A stretch of DNA of 63,859 bases, filler included, from Dugesia japonica (Eukaryota): the NCBI GenBank assembly GCA_001938525.1. It is 4 parts of 4 records of this genome, joined end to end, with 100 filler letters (N's around TTAATTAATTAA, not from the genome) between each part and the next. Parts side by side here need not be neighbours in the genome. Positions count along the whole stretch, not along the records: positions 28,548 to 55,301 come from MQRL01584283.1; 3 more parts are not named here. One strand, 5' to 3'. Shown here piece by piece: positions 35,020 through 48,780 of the stretch. The position numbers were made by a program, and so were the translations under genes. Under the pieces are notes generated by a model that saw only the letters and a list, made by a program, of their open reading frames with translations, did no database searches and had not been told where the DNA came from. Positions within the stretch are counted from its first letter, which is position 1. Each line of letters begins with the position of its first letter.

Positions 35020-37075
35020 CAGGGGTTGTCAAACATTTTAGATTATCAACTCCTACATAATTTTTCGAAATCTCCATCGACCCCCATAAAATTAATTTTC
35101 AGTTAATTAAAATAAAACTATCTATTATAGGTATTGTATTTGTACATTTATTTTATGACTTTAAAATTTATTAAAGAAATTTTATATTGTTTAACAATAG
35201 TTTTATGAAAAATATAGTAATGATGAAATTTAAATAACTTAATATTTATTAAATAATAAGTAATTATAAACAAGTAAAAATAATAAGTAAAGTAACTACA
35301 GATTTATTGNTTCTTAATCAATGATATGGGTGTGNCTGGTGTTTCTTTGCAAGGTTCGCTATATTGGGTTCAAAATTGGTCAATTTTAATCTTAAATCTC
35401 CTCGAAACTCCATTTTTAATTTATTTCTGTACTTTTTAAGATTAAATTTACGTGACTGAAACCAGCTTCAAGCATATAGAAGCTTGAAAACGCCAGCATA
35501 AAAAAGTTTTAAATATTTATATTTGTCCAAAATTTACTTACTGTTAAATTTTAAAAAAGCATCTTTGCTCCAAGATCTGATAATAACTCAGCAAACTCAT
35601 CTTACGGGTTGGTATCTACGTTTTCAATTTGAGCGGAAAATGGAGCAATAATCCATTTAGGGATATAAATATTTTCCAAATCAACAAATCGCAGTTTAAA
35701 ATCGGCGCATAATTTTTCAAGATATATTCAAGTCTTTTATTTCTAATTGTCACAGATTTGAAAAATACTGATAATCCTTACGTAGCAATAAAAATCTAAA
35801 TAAATTTAAGTTTACTTGGAATCATAACAGTAATGTTCGAGCTTGGATTATTGTTACATCTTTTCCTTGCAGCTTTGATTTTCCAAATAAGTCCGCAAAA
35901 TAAAAAATATGGTTCTTATTGTTTTGGAGTTCATCACACAGAAGAGGATTTATTTCGCTGAAAAATTCTATCGTGGAGTCAAATAACGCAACAAGCCGTT
36001 GCAAGCACACACTACTAAGCAACCATCTAACTTCGGTGTGCAGAAGTAATTGGTTAAATACCAGTCGTTTTCCTCACAAAGTTTGAAAAATAATCTTCGG
36101 CTTTAATTTGAGTGAAACATTTAATATAAAACTATAAAGCTTTATGTAACTCTGGACTCAGATATTTTGCCACTAAGTTGTTTCTATGCAACACACAATG
36201 AATAGTACGTATACCGGGCACTTTTTCTTTGAGGAATGTAGCAAAACTTTGGTAACGCCCTACCATAACCGGTGCACCATATATGACTGCTGCTATTATA
36301 TTTTCAAGCGGAATATCATATTTATTTAAATATTCTTGTAAACATCTAAAAATGGTCACTCCTTTTCCATCAGTTTCAAGATAATTAGGAAATTCATCAA
36401 TGACTTGTCCTTTTATTTTACTGAAATATTTCACGTACACCATAAGAATAGCAGAAACGCCAAAAACCGATTCATCAAGTTGAATAGAAAACTTGCAATT
36501 TTTAGCTCCAAAACTACTGTATTTTCTATTTCTTCTGCAATTTCGTCAATACACCGTTTTACAGAATTTGCACTTAATGGCAAGGACTTTAGAACATTAA
36601 CGGAGTCTTTTTTCATTACATCCTCAATGACGTCTTTAATTAAAGGTATAACAATTTCCTCACCGAGTGTGTGGTTTTCCCCTCTATGCTATATTAAGCG
36701 AAATCTTTTAAGAAGCTATTAAGAAGCTTATTAAGAAGCTAATGCTCCTTCAGTTTCAACTTCAGTAGACTGCTTCATAAAACTTTTTATAGTTGATCGA
36801 CATGTGAATTTTTCTTTAAGCATTTTGAAAAATTCAAGTTCTTCATTTTTTTTACCTGAGTGAACCCTTTCAAGATGATCTTTCATTTTTGACGGTTTTA
36901 TGTAGTCGTTTCCATTACACATTACAGATATAAAAAATGTAACAACCGAATTCTTATATATCATAGAAAAAGTATAGTATATTGTCAATTTTCTACGTGA
37001 TCGATGCAACTCACTGTGGAGACAATATTTTCTTTTCGATGTTCTTTGCAAACGAAGAACTGACATTGTGAACAT
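35020..37075 (-). mobile_element. hAT (Buster/Charlie, ZBED8/SCAND3-like) transposon remnant
   Basis: TIR CAGGGGTTGTCAAAC preceded by GTCTAGAT; transposase fragments KPSKMKDHLERVH, LPLSANSVKRCI, IHCVLHR, C-terminal RGDLRLKLT..HQ.HP.H*. Confidence 0.85.
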
Positions 37076-37540
37076 CTTATATCAAATTCACAATCTAAAT
37101 CACATATTTCAGTTATCAATCTAATTTCCTCTTCATTCTCCTGGTCAGTGAGTGGGTGACATCTGTGATATTTAGAGTTTGATTTCGATATTTCTGTTAT
37201 CTACAGAGAGATACGAAAAAAAACACAATCAAAAATACTAACAAAAATTACTTTCGAAATATTTACACAAGTACAAAATACTTATAAAACTTACTCGATA
37301 TAGTATTTTTGGACAAGTACAAGTAATCAAAAATAGTAAACTACACAGCAATGTTCACTACTCAATTCAAGAGTGTACTTTAAGATAATATAAACAAGTT
37401 ACAACATCAGAATTACTTGTTGCAAAAATAATGTCGTCATTTTCATCGTGAAATACATGAAAAACTGACATCAACTTATTGGTTTGTAGAAAAAATGGTA
37501 CACATTAGCAGGTATTAAAAACCAAAAAACAAATATATCA

Positions 37541-37561
37541 TATATATATATATAATATAAN

Positions 37562-37594
<33 letters not shown>

Positions 37595-37622
37595 ATAGTA
37601 ATAGTAATAGTATATAATAGTA
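37541..37622. repeat. (TA)n / (TAATAG)n microsatellite
   Basis: Direct reading. Confidence 0.9.
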
Positions 37623-39244
37623 AAAGTGACAAATACACGGAAAGGAAAATTTTTAAAAAAAATCTAGAAAGATGTTCAAGAAAAACAAAGTCTGGAGTTC
37701 CTTGAGGAACCCACGTCGTACTCTAAGGGTTAAGATACTATTACAATGAATTAATAATTTTAAATTAAAATTAATTAAATACATGTATCTATAGTATACT
37801 TATTTCTGAAATATAACTAAATAACATTCAAGTTTTAAGTACTCTATTGTCAAGTATTGTTAAGTACTCTATTGACTTATACCCATAAAACATATTTGTA
37901 GCAACTTTTATTAATCCAAAGGAAGATAAATGCATGACTACAAAGAAAATCCTTAGATATAGATAAATAAAGTATGAAATATTTTAACATATTCATGACT
38001 TCTGTTAAATTTTGAATAATTTTCACAGTAATTGGAAATTTTGGATAATTTTCCAACACCTCTCTGAAATTCTGTGTAAATTTAGAATACATCTCGAAAT
38101 ATTGGAATTATTTTCCCAGTGTTTTACATAGGTTTTGATAATTTTCCAATACATCTGGGAAATTCTGTGTAAATTTCCAACACTTCTCTGACTTTCTGTA
38201 TAATATTCCAACACTTCTAAAAATAATAGTCATTTATCCTTCATCATCTATTAACGTGGAAATTTGAAATTAAATTAAAAAATAATTAAAATTAACACAT
38301 GAAATTAAATTATTAGAAGCATTTTTATACAGCAAACTCTACAAAAATTGTTCAGTTTTTAATTAAGTTTAATGTCACCAATTTTGAGCTCATACGATTA
38401 ATAAAGATTGAGAAATTTATAAAAAAGTCAAAATGTTCCAGTGCTGAACACCCAGAGAACCATGAAAATTCTTATTAAAAATTCTATATAACAAATAAAG
38501 AACATTTAATTATGTTGGGCTAGAAAACGATAATCATAATTATAATCATTATGGATTTTTTATTAATGAGTCCAAAAAATATGCCAACAATTTCGGCTAG
38601 AAATCGGATCAAATCTGATCCATTCATTATAATTATTATTGTTGTTGTTAACATTATCAATTATTATATTTTTGTTGTAAGTTTCTTGGACGTGAGTGTC
38701 CTTTATTCCGAGTGGTGGATATAAATTTTGGTATTTAAAGGTAAATTGAATTAAAAATTTTATTTGGAAAAATATTTAATCGGATTAAATATTATTTGGA
38801 AAAATTCTAATTGTTAATAAAGTGAATCAAATTATTTTGTTTGGAAATCTTATTAAAACTTGAATCCATACCTAGAGGAAGAATTATCGTAAGAATTTAT
38901 AAATTTTATTTTTCTTGTCTCTGAAATGTCTAACGAATAAAGTTGTTGGGTGAAACACTCGGTTAATAAAGAAAAGTAAGGGCCAAGGGCCCAAATTATA
39001 AAATAATGTAGAAGGGGCTTGAAAAGAAAATTGATTGGGAATACGGATCAATTGGATAAACATTATAAAATTTATACTAGGAAAAAGAAAATCAGAAAGA
39101 AAGGTAAACGGTAGAAAGAAAACATCAGACGAATAAATTCGACCTTGATCAATTACAATAATTAAAGAAAATNAGAATTTATTAAGGAAAAACAAGAAAA
39201 CTATTATTGGAAAAATAATTAATTAACAAGAAAATATTAATTAA

Positions 39245-40874
39245 TTTTAGGCAAAAAATCAGTTTTGGTCGAATATCTCCACTCAGGATAGCCAGTGACT
39301 TGTAATAAGAAAAACTGGAAGAAAGCTACCGGGCAATGGAATTTTACCATCGGAAAATTCTATCACCATCNNNNNNNNNNNNNNNNNNNNNNNNNNNNNN
39401 NNNNNNNNNNNNNNNNNNNNNNNNNNNNNNNNNNNNNNNNAAATTCACAAGGTGCTCCAAAAATAGGCACCAATGATAGATGAAAAATTCTAAGAAAAAA
39501 TCTGAAGATTGGCACCAACACCAATGAAAAACAATAATCAACAAGGAATCTCCTGATAATTGGAAATACGAAGATGTCCAGTTTGATATAAGAAGAGACC
39601 ATAAATGTATAATTCATGCAATTATCCTCTATGGAAATGAATTCGAATATTTAGCATTCATCTATGAGGTAGAACTAGAAATGAGAACCATGAGAATTGA
39701 TGTGACACTCGGTGGAGTTTTCACATCCAATCTAGTTAATCTAACTAAATGCTTCCAAGAATTAAATAATGAAAATGATTTTGCATTAGTTTTTGTGGAA
39801 GATGAAGAAGATTTTGATTTAGTAGAAATGGATTCAATGGAAGATGGTGTATTAACGCAATGTGTTACCACGAAGGAAGGGACCAACAGAAAATTGGAAG
39901 AACGGGAAGTGTTGGTCCACAAAACTGTAACACAAATTGTTACTAAATTGGGGTACAATCCATGGACAGTTAAATTGAATTTGGCAAACACGATTCTCAT
40001 AGGAATTGACACGTATTTCCTATCGAATGAGGCGAGGAAGCCATACATCATGGCATCGGTATTTTCGATAAACACTACATTTACTCAATATATGAGTTTT
40101 GTAGATAAACTCCCTGATATTGAGGACGATGAATATCGTGAAGCTCTTCGTTCTGTCTGGGAAAAAAATTTGAAATCAGCATTGGCTGAATATAAAATCA
40201 GGTACCAATTATTCCCTGAGAATATAATAATCTATCGGAATAAAATATCGGGATTCGACACATGTATTGAATATAATGCAATAACAGAATCCACCTATAG
40301 TGTATACCGAGAACCTGATGATTGGACCCATCGATACGACAAAGTGGTTCCGAAAATAATTGTTATTCAAGTCAAAAAACGAGTGGAATAAAACTATTCA
40401 ACCAGGCCAAAAATCCAAATCCAGGACCTGTTGTAGAAATTGCTAAACGGAATAAGTTTTTATTGATCTCACAATGCACGACATGAGAATATGATGTTAT
40501 AAGAAATATAGATTCATTATTTTCTATATATGATGATGAATTCCACAAAATTACATTCGCCTTAACACACTTATATTTCATACACATAATTTAAGGCAAA
40601 TTTTAGGCAAAAAATATCTCTTTTGCTCGAATATTTCCACTCAGGATAGCCAGAGACTTGTAATAAGAAAAACTGGAAGAAAGCTACCGGGCAATNNNNN
40701 NNNNNNNNNNNNNNNNNNNNNNNNNNNNNNNNNNNNNNNNNNNNNNNNNNNNNNNNNNNNNNNNNNNNNNNNNNNNNNNNNNNNNNNNNNNNAAAAAAGA
40801 AAATTCACAAGGTGCTCCAAAAATAGGCACCAATGATAGATGAAAAATTCTAAGAAAAAATCTGAAGATTGGCA
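39245..40874. repeat. ~270-bp direct repeats (39245-39514 and 40600-40874) flanking the PIWI fragment
   Basis: Shared CCACTCAGGATAGCCAG..GCTACCGGGCAAT and AAATTCACAAGGTGCTCC..GATTGGCA blocks; each copy contains a gap. Confidence 0.85.
39681..40590 (+). pseudogene. Intronless PIWI-domain (Piwi/Argonaute) fragment
   Basis: TQCV, QIVTKLGYNPW, ILIGIDTY, SINTTFTQY, PENIIIYR, IVIQVKKRV; then NPNPGPVV..FLLISQ in a shifted frame. Confidence 0.85.
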
Positions 40875-42196
40875 AGATCAGGTAAAATTTGACCCGAACG
40901 GTATCGATAAAAGGAATATAGTATCAGTATTAGGACATCACATATACAATTGGGGAGTTATTATTAATTATTGTTGGCATTACTGACCCTCTTTCTAATA
41001 GTACTCAACTTGAATATTACACTTTTGACGCTTTAGTTGACTAATTGATCTTACTTTCACGTTGGATTTCGTGATATTTTCCAATCACGATTTCAATGAT
41101 GATGAATAGCACTGATAACCTTATTATTACTGTTATTATCATTATTCAGATACTGCGATCGTCATCATCGCGAATATTAGTACTAGTATAATCGCAAGAG
41201 AGACTATGGAAAATACAACTCGAATCTTTTGCTGAAGTTATCGGGTCCATTCATGACCGAGAAAATAAACTGGTGAACGATATCCTACTCCTGAGAAAGG
41301 CCATGCCACTCAAGCCGTTAATGGTCGACAAGGACACGCAAACCTCGCGACAGTGACCTCGTAGTTTCTTTTAATTTTGTAAATAAAAGCATTCTTGATT
41401 TATAGTAACGTGTTTTTGTTACTTTATGTATATTTGAAGAAATTTTCTTTTAATAAAAGAAACAGTAATCAGACTGTCTTCTAATTCTAATTTGTTTGAG
41501 TGCCACGAATTCGTCTCACCGCCAGCCTTAGTAGGTGTCACCGTCTCATACAAAAGTTGTTAATATTGTGCCATATTAAGAGGCAGAATGAGCGGGCTCT
41601 CCTAAGACACCTGACCCAGCGAAACAGATTAATTAAAAAACTACATGTCATATTGAAAAAACAAGGCAAGTTAGCCGAACAGTCAAAACAAATATAACAA
41701 CATAAAATTAACTTCTCGCAACGCTACATAGCAGACGTATCTAGACAACTACGAAATGAAGCGTGGATCCGTTGGAAGGACAACGAAGCCGCCTACAACT
41801 TTTTGGTAGATGAGTCTACTCAGTGGTTAGACCCGGGGGCTCTAGATTTGATGTAGAATGTCATCAAATAACTCTTAGTTTTTAACAATTTATTAATCGA
41901 TTTTGGTTGATTTTAAATAAGGGAAAATGTTGAACCCGAACGAAAGGTATACGTGCTTGCACCTCAGATAAGTGTTGGAGGTCAACCACTCTATACCGAG
42001 AATCTAAATAGGGACTTTAGTTTAAATTCTTGAACGGGTCCCGAGGGCTGCTCTTTCCCCAGCCATATTTTTTCTTCCACAAACTCAGGTGGGACCCCAA
42101 CAAAGTTATAAAAATAAAAATCGTATAAAAGAAGTAAAATCTAAAACGATCTACAAGATAAAAAATTCTGAATAACGGTCGATTATGAAAGAATCT

Positions 42197-43077
42197 AAAA
42201 TGCTATTTGATTATAAAGAGATAAAATGTAATGTCTAATGGATAAATGAAATAAGGACTTCTAATACCAAGGAGTAAAGCCCTAATACATGACAAGGACG
42301 CGTAAATCTATCGTGATGAAATCATTGAACAGGGTTTATATAAAATCAAATTTTTATGAATGAAATGAGATTGAGTGCGAAAGAAAATTTTAATAACCCT
42401 AATGTACAAATAATTTAGTACTCGCGAAAGGTTCGCTTCGAATTTTTCTTCTTTCAGTATTTGAAGTGAAGTTATAAAGATGTCAGCATGCCTATTGAAT
42501 ATACTAAAGATTCACCTGTAATATTGGGTTATTGTTCTATTTATGATTATACCAGTATAATAAACTGTGTTTTGCCATGAGTTTTTTTAATAGATTCTTG
42601 ACTTATTTGGAGATGTAAGCAATTTATCTATTAATTCTACATTGTTCAACATTGTCCAACGTTGGGTTTAAAACCTATTCCAGAATTTAATAACATTAAA
42701 TTAGTAGATTTATTTTATTTAGTTGCTGAATTTGGAAAACTATTTTTTGTAATAAAACTTATTAGAAAAATTATCAATGAAGGTTGCGAATTTCTAATAT
42801 TTTCGCAATCTGAAAACATCTTGGACATAATTGAAACAATACTACTTTCATGCCAAATAACGTCTTCAAAATTAGATTAGGACTAGGTTAAAATGCTATT
42901 TGATTATAAAGAGATAAAATATAATGTCTAATGGATAAATGAAATAAGGATTTCTAATACCAAGAAGTAAAGCCCTTATACATAACAAGGACGCGTAAAT
43001 CCATCTATATCAAATCATAGAACAGGGTTTATATAAAATAAAATTTTTATGTATGAAATGAGATTGAGTGCGAAAGA
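42197..43077. repeat. ~190-bp direct repeats (42197-42385 and 42889-43077)
   Basis: AAAATGCTATTTGATTATAAAGAG...GAGATTGAGTGCGAAAGA present twice with a few differences. Confidence 0.85.
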
Positions 43078-43114
43078 TTTAATTTTAACTAGATACATTT
43101 TTAAATATCAAAAT

Positions 43115-43455
43115 ATGGATGCGGATAAGACACATATTAGACACTGTCTATTATATGAATTTGACAAGGGCTCTAGTGCAAGACTTGCTCATTAAGGATA
43201 AAAGAAATTTATGAGAAGAATGGATTGAGTGAGACCCAATGCAAGGTATAGTTCAATCGTTTCAGAAATGGTGATAGAAGCCTGGTAGACTTACAGAAAA
43301 CTGGTCGAAAATCGATTCTGGATAATGAAACTGTACGAAAATTGGTCGAATCGAATCCTAGGCAATCCGCTGCAGAAATGGCTGTTAATCTCTACTGTGG
43401 TGAGCAGACCGTTCGCGATCATCTGCACCTTATTGAAAAGTCATACAGAGCTGGG
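43115..43455 (+). pseudogene. Mariner transposase N-terminal (HTH) remnant
   Basis: IRHCLLYEFDKG...FNRFRNGDRSL.D..TGR...LVESNPRQS..E.A..TVRDHL, with stops. Confidence 0.85.
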
Positions 43456-43774
43456 GAAAAAATAGAAGGACCGGACGTATATTTGTACGGTATTCCTTCC
43501 GACGGTTCAACAATTTTTAAATTAAATTTTTTTTACCTCAGTAGTAGGCTATGGAAAATTCTATTTTATAAAAACTATAGTTTAATATGTAAAATATTAT
43601 TGAAAGTATTCTGCTGGTGTGGTAAAGTGATAAATTAAAAAATAAATTTTAAAGTTTGAATTTATAAGTGAAAAATTAAATAAAAAATTTGTTCTTTTCT
43701 AACAATCAACTAGGTCTGTACAACTTTAAAAGCCAAATAATTTTAAATTAATTTAAAGTAATTCTAGTTAAGAA

Positions 43775-45200
43775 ATGAGTGAGGTAGAAGGTGGTTCCTC
43801 AACAAAGAGAAGGAAGTGCAATTACAATGCAGATTGGCAAAAAAAATATAATTGGGTCAGCAAAGGTTATGTTGGAAATGAAAAATCAAACAGCAAAACA
43901 ATATGCAAACTTTGTAATATAACGTTCACTGTTATGTATGATGGGATTAAAGCCCTAACTAAACACGCAAACTCAAAAAAACACATTGAAGTGTTGAGTA
44001 TTCAAAATATAAGTATACAAATTGCACGCATAATTTAGATAATAATGCACATATGTATTCAAATTCAAGTTCGTCCAGATCAACGTTCAAGCCCAATCAA
44101 AATTTGATTAGAGGAAAATCAATTCAATTATTNNNNNNNNNNNNNNNNNTGACTTTGTTATATTTTATTTGATCAATATCCTATCTGACATTGATACTGA
44201 CTTCGTTATTTTTAATTGATCTGACATTGAATTGATAATGATTTAGAATTTATTAGTATAATTTTTATTTTGAATTTTAATTTAATAGTTTATAATTTTA
44301 TTTTTGAATTTAGAATTTAATTTTTATTAGTTTATTTTATAATTTTGTTCATTAGATGACATTTATTAATTCGGTTTCATAAATTGGTGAAAAAATATTG
44401 TGAGATTTATTAAACTACTAAAATCCTGTTCAATAAATTTATGAAAGAAAAAATAGTGACATTTATTACTGAAAAATGTGGATTTATTTTGTACAGAAAA
44501 TATGGTTTTGTTTATAAAATAATGATTACTTATTTTGCATGTATGTGTGTTTTTATGAAAAATCAGTATAAAAAATTAACTAGAAAAACCTCTCTTTGAG
44601 TGGCTTTTTTCTTTTAATATAAAAAATTCTGCGCCATAAGCTATTCGTAAAATATTATTTATAAAGTGTGTTTTTACTTTATTGATTTACTAAGATCAAT
44701 ACATATATCACTTATTTATAGCTTTGCTTAAAAATATCAGTATATAGTATTTGTATTTACATAATTACAAGGAAAAAATCAACTACCATAAAATCAATTA
44801 CTTGTTTATATTACAACAAATCAGAACCATAAAACCCTTTGTTGCATAGAAATACCCAACATAATTAGAAACTTCTGCAGCTTCTTCTCAAAGATTAAAA
44901 TCTTTCTTTTCACTCTAAGATAGTTCACAAAACGATTCAGTTGCTATTGCTGAATTATTGCATATATATCATGGTGTAAAGCATCATCTATGATACTTAG
45001 CTCAGGAATGCGGAATTAAAATTAAAAAACAGGCATTTTCTGATTCTGAAATCGCTAAAAATGTTACAGCTGGACGTACTAAAGTTTCGGCAGTTGTACA
45101 AAATGTTTTGTACCCCTTTTATATTGAACTTGTGATAGAAGATTTGAAAATAATATACCATTTTCTATTTCTACTGACGCCTCTAATAAAGGTTGATCGC
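43775..45200 (+). pseudogene. Interrupted BED-finger hAT-like transposase remnant
   Basis: YNADWQKKYNW..CKLC..LTKHANSKKH (43775-44038) and HGVKHH..FSDSEIAK..GRTK..FSISTDASNKG (44970-45195). Confidence 0.7.
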
Positions 45201-45752
45201 TCAACAATTCAAAGTCGATTGCCATCGAATATGAAATTATGTATAGAAAAACTAATTTTTCAACCATCTGTCTCATGGCAAAAGAATAATTCTTTCCTAT
45301 GTGAAATTTTATAATTGTTTCTTTTTTTTGTTTAATATTTCCACACTATTTAAAAATCGTTATGTTAAATTTGTTTTTATATTAAGTATGTATGGTTTGC
45401 AACATTTAAAAATCCAAGCCTACTGTTATCATAAGCTGAACATGAAATATTTTTAGTTAGACAAATATTTTTCATTTCTTATTTTAAATAAGTTCTGCAC
45501 ATTGAATTTTTGTCATTCATCAATAAATACATCGTCTGTACTTAAGTTATTGTTTTTAATTTGAAAATTTTGTGAATGAAGGCAGCAGTTTAATTCTTTT
45601 CATTGATACATACTTAATACTTTGTTATATCTTGTGAATTAAAATCATTAAATTTAGTGGTAAATTGATTGAAAGTTTAAATAAATTTCTGAATATTTTA
45701 TTAAGAATAAAAATGCATTATTTTAAAAACTATTTTAGAAAGCCATATAATA

Positions 45753-46325
45753 ATGAATAGAAAGAAAGCCAAAACGTATCATTATCATAAAGAGTAGGAG
45801 AATGATTATTTCTTTATAATGGTTAAAAACCAGTATGGTTGCTTAATTTGTAACGCTAGCATTGCTTTAACAAAGATAGGAAATGTTGAAAGACACTTTA
45901 GAACAGTACATAATAATTATGAAATTGATTATCCACAAAACAGTGAGTTGCGAAAAGTAAAAATTATGGAATTAGAAGCAGGCCTTGCAGCTCAGTAGTC
46001 CGTTTTTACAAAACAAACATTAAAATTGAAAGCAGCTACGATTGCATCTCTTCGAGTGAGTCATATTATAGCTGAAAATAAAAAACCATTTAGTGATGGT
46101 GTAATTTTTAAAAACGCATTTCTTGAGGCTGCTAATTCGTTGTTTAGTGATTTTGGTAATATGGCAGAAATTCTTTCTGCTATTAATGACTTGCAGTTAT
46201 CGCGAAATAGTGTTACACATCGAGTAGAGGAAATTAGCTCGGATTTAAATGAACAGTTAAAGAAAGATCTTGAAGATTGTTCGGACTTTTCATTACAAGT
46301 AGATGAATCTACAGATGTTGTTCCT
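45753..46325 (+). pseudogene. hAT (GTF2IRD2/SPIN-like) transposase 5' fragment
   Basis: CLIC..NVERHF..H, KKPFSDG, LQLSRNSVTHRV, FSLQVDESTDV; internal TAG stops. Confidence 0.85.
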
Positions 46326-48502
46326 GACAAAAAGAAAGCTATTCATTATCGAAAATCAGTCTAAAAGAAGAATATCCTTTGCTAATGAAATGTCACAAAA
46401 TGATGTTGGATTTTAGAAAGTTTTATATTTACATATTATTTTTATTTCCTACATTCAATACTAACCGTACTAAGTTGTAATAGAAATTTGATAATAATGT
46501 TATTTAATTTTAATTATCAATTTGATAATTAGTGTTTTAATAAATACACTTGTTCAAAATTTTAGAAAAAATCATGATGGCTGATAAACGCAAGTTGTAA
46601 ACTAAGAGGTACGATGAAAAATACAAGACCATCAAATTTGTTAAAGAACACTCGAATAAGACGAAGAAAGATTTTACTGCTTTTGTTAGGATTCTAAGAT
46701 AAAATTCATTATTTTTAAATGCTAATTTGTTTAAAAGAATCAAGGTCAAATTTAATTTAATAGTTAAGTTAATAATATAAATTTAATAACTATAAATAGT
46801 AATTTAAATAAATTCTGAGATTTTAATAAATAATAAAATTACTTTAATTAGAAACCGAAAAAAAAAATTTGTTTTAATTTAATTTTAAATATGTTGTTAC
46901 TAAAAAATAGTAATTTTAAATTACTATTTCCAGCTTTAATATATATTTCTTTAAAATAAGTAATTTCTAGGTCAGATAATAGATTTAATACAAATAGTGG
47001 GAAAATTTGAGTTGCAAGTACACCCACAAAACTTTATAGCGTGACTAACTTTGTGATTTATTTTATTTTTTGATAATAATTTTAATTGGTTTTATATTTT
47101 GTGCGTCTTGTTCAAAATTTTAAATCTCAAAACTAATGATACCGATTCATATTTGATTGAAAATTTATTAAAGTTTAAAAAATTTGAAGGATTTAATGAA
47201 AATAATTCAGAAAATAAACAAGAATAGTATACAAAAATTGTCAACTTCAAAAATGAATATTTTAAAAATTTTAATGAAAATTTATATTAAAAAAGAACAA
47301 GAAAAATTTACAAAAGCGGATAATTTTAAAGACTGCTATAAAAAATCTACAAATATTAAAATTATTAAAGAAAATGAAGAAAGCAAAACTGTTTGTGAAA
47401 TAGATAATATTGTAATGTTTTAGATGACAAAATTGATCAAGTTCATCATAATCAGATCTACACTAGAAGATCCGATCTACATCTATCGACAACTTATCTG
47501 AATATTATTTACTAGAATAAAATGTAAGACATTTACTTCAAATTTATACTAAACCATAAAAATTAGTTTCTTTTTTATTTCCGCTTTAATTTGATTATCT
47601 TTAACCATTCATCTCAGACTAAAAAACGTCCCTTCGAAACGAAATGAACTTCGAAACTCCTGAACAACGTAAAAAGTGTCTCTTACGTTTGGCACCATAA
47701 CGTGATCGACAACTCCAAAATTAAACGAAAGATATTGAGAAACTGTAATCTAAAAGACAAAAACACTGATGTCGTTGATGTCGAACAAAATAAAACCTAT
47801 TGAGCAAGGCCTGAGCAAACGACCGAATAAGACAAACATGAAGTGCCTAAAAAGTGGGTGATTGGTAGGAATCCTTTTAGCATACCTCATTTACATACCA
47901 CATCGACGGTAAGTATGTATCCTTTTATCTTTTCTTTCGTAAAAATATAATGATGCATTTATAAAATTTACTTCAAAATAATTCTGCAAATTTTTTTCCT
48001 GATGAAAAATAAATCAAAAATAATCATCAAAACAGCTGAATCATTTCAGGCTAGACAAGGACTTTTCCACAGTAACTATCAGAGGTCACACGAGGTGACT
48101 GACGACCAAGGAGTCAAATTTGGCGCGACACGACTTAGCAGAGAGCTGCACAACGAAGGAAAAGAAGACACCATCCAATCATAAACCCGGATTGGACGAA
48201 AATCAAAGATGATTGGAGGACAAATGATTAGTTTGAAGATGTGGTGCAAACGAGGAATAAAACTCGTTTGCACAGAGAAAACAGTCAGAAGTTAAAATCA
48301 AATTTTATTTTTTATTACAATTAGTATCCCCAAAGTTTTAAAGCCATTATTACCACAAATTTAAATTCAGTTGATCTTTGGAGAAAGAGAGAAAAAACCT
48401 TATCAAGAGTAAACATATTTTATTGTTATATTCGTCATTACAAAATTATAATTTGTATATAACTACTAAGTGCCCTGATTAGAGGTCGTGCTCCCGGAAC
48501 GC

Positions 48503-48780
48503 AGAAATGAGAATTAATTGACAGAAATGAGAGCGTAAATTGACCAAAAACAAATGAAAGAATAAATGAAAATTAATTTGCAGAAATGAGAAAACATGAG
48601 AAAGTAAAGTCGCAAAAACAAATGAAAGAATGAATGAGAATTAATAGACAGAAATGAGAGCGTAAATTGACAAAAACAAATGAAAGAATAAATGAAAATT
48701 AATTGGCAGAAACGAGAGAGCAAATTGGCAAAAACAAATGATAGAATAAATGAAAGTTAAGTGGCAGAAATTCGAAAGTA
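48503..48780. repeat. ~57-bp tandem minisatellite
   Basis: Recurring CAGAAATGAGAG..AAAACAAATGAAAGAATAAATGAAAATTAA. Confidence 0.8.
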
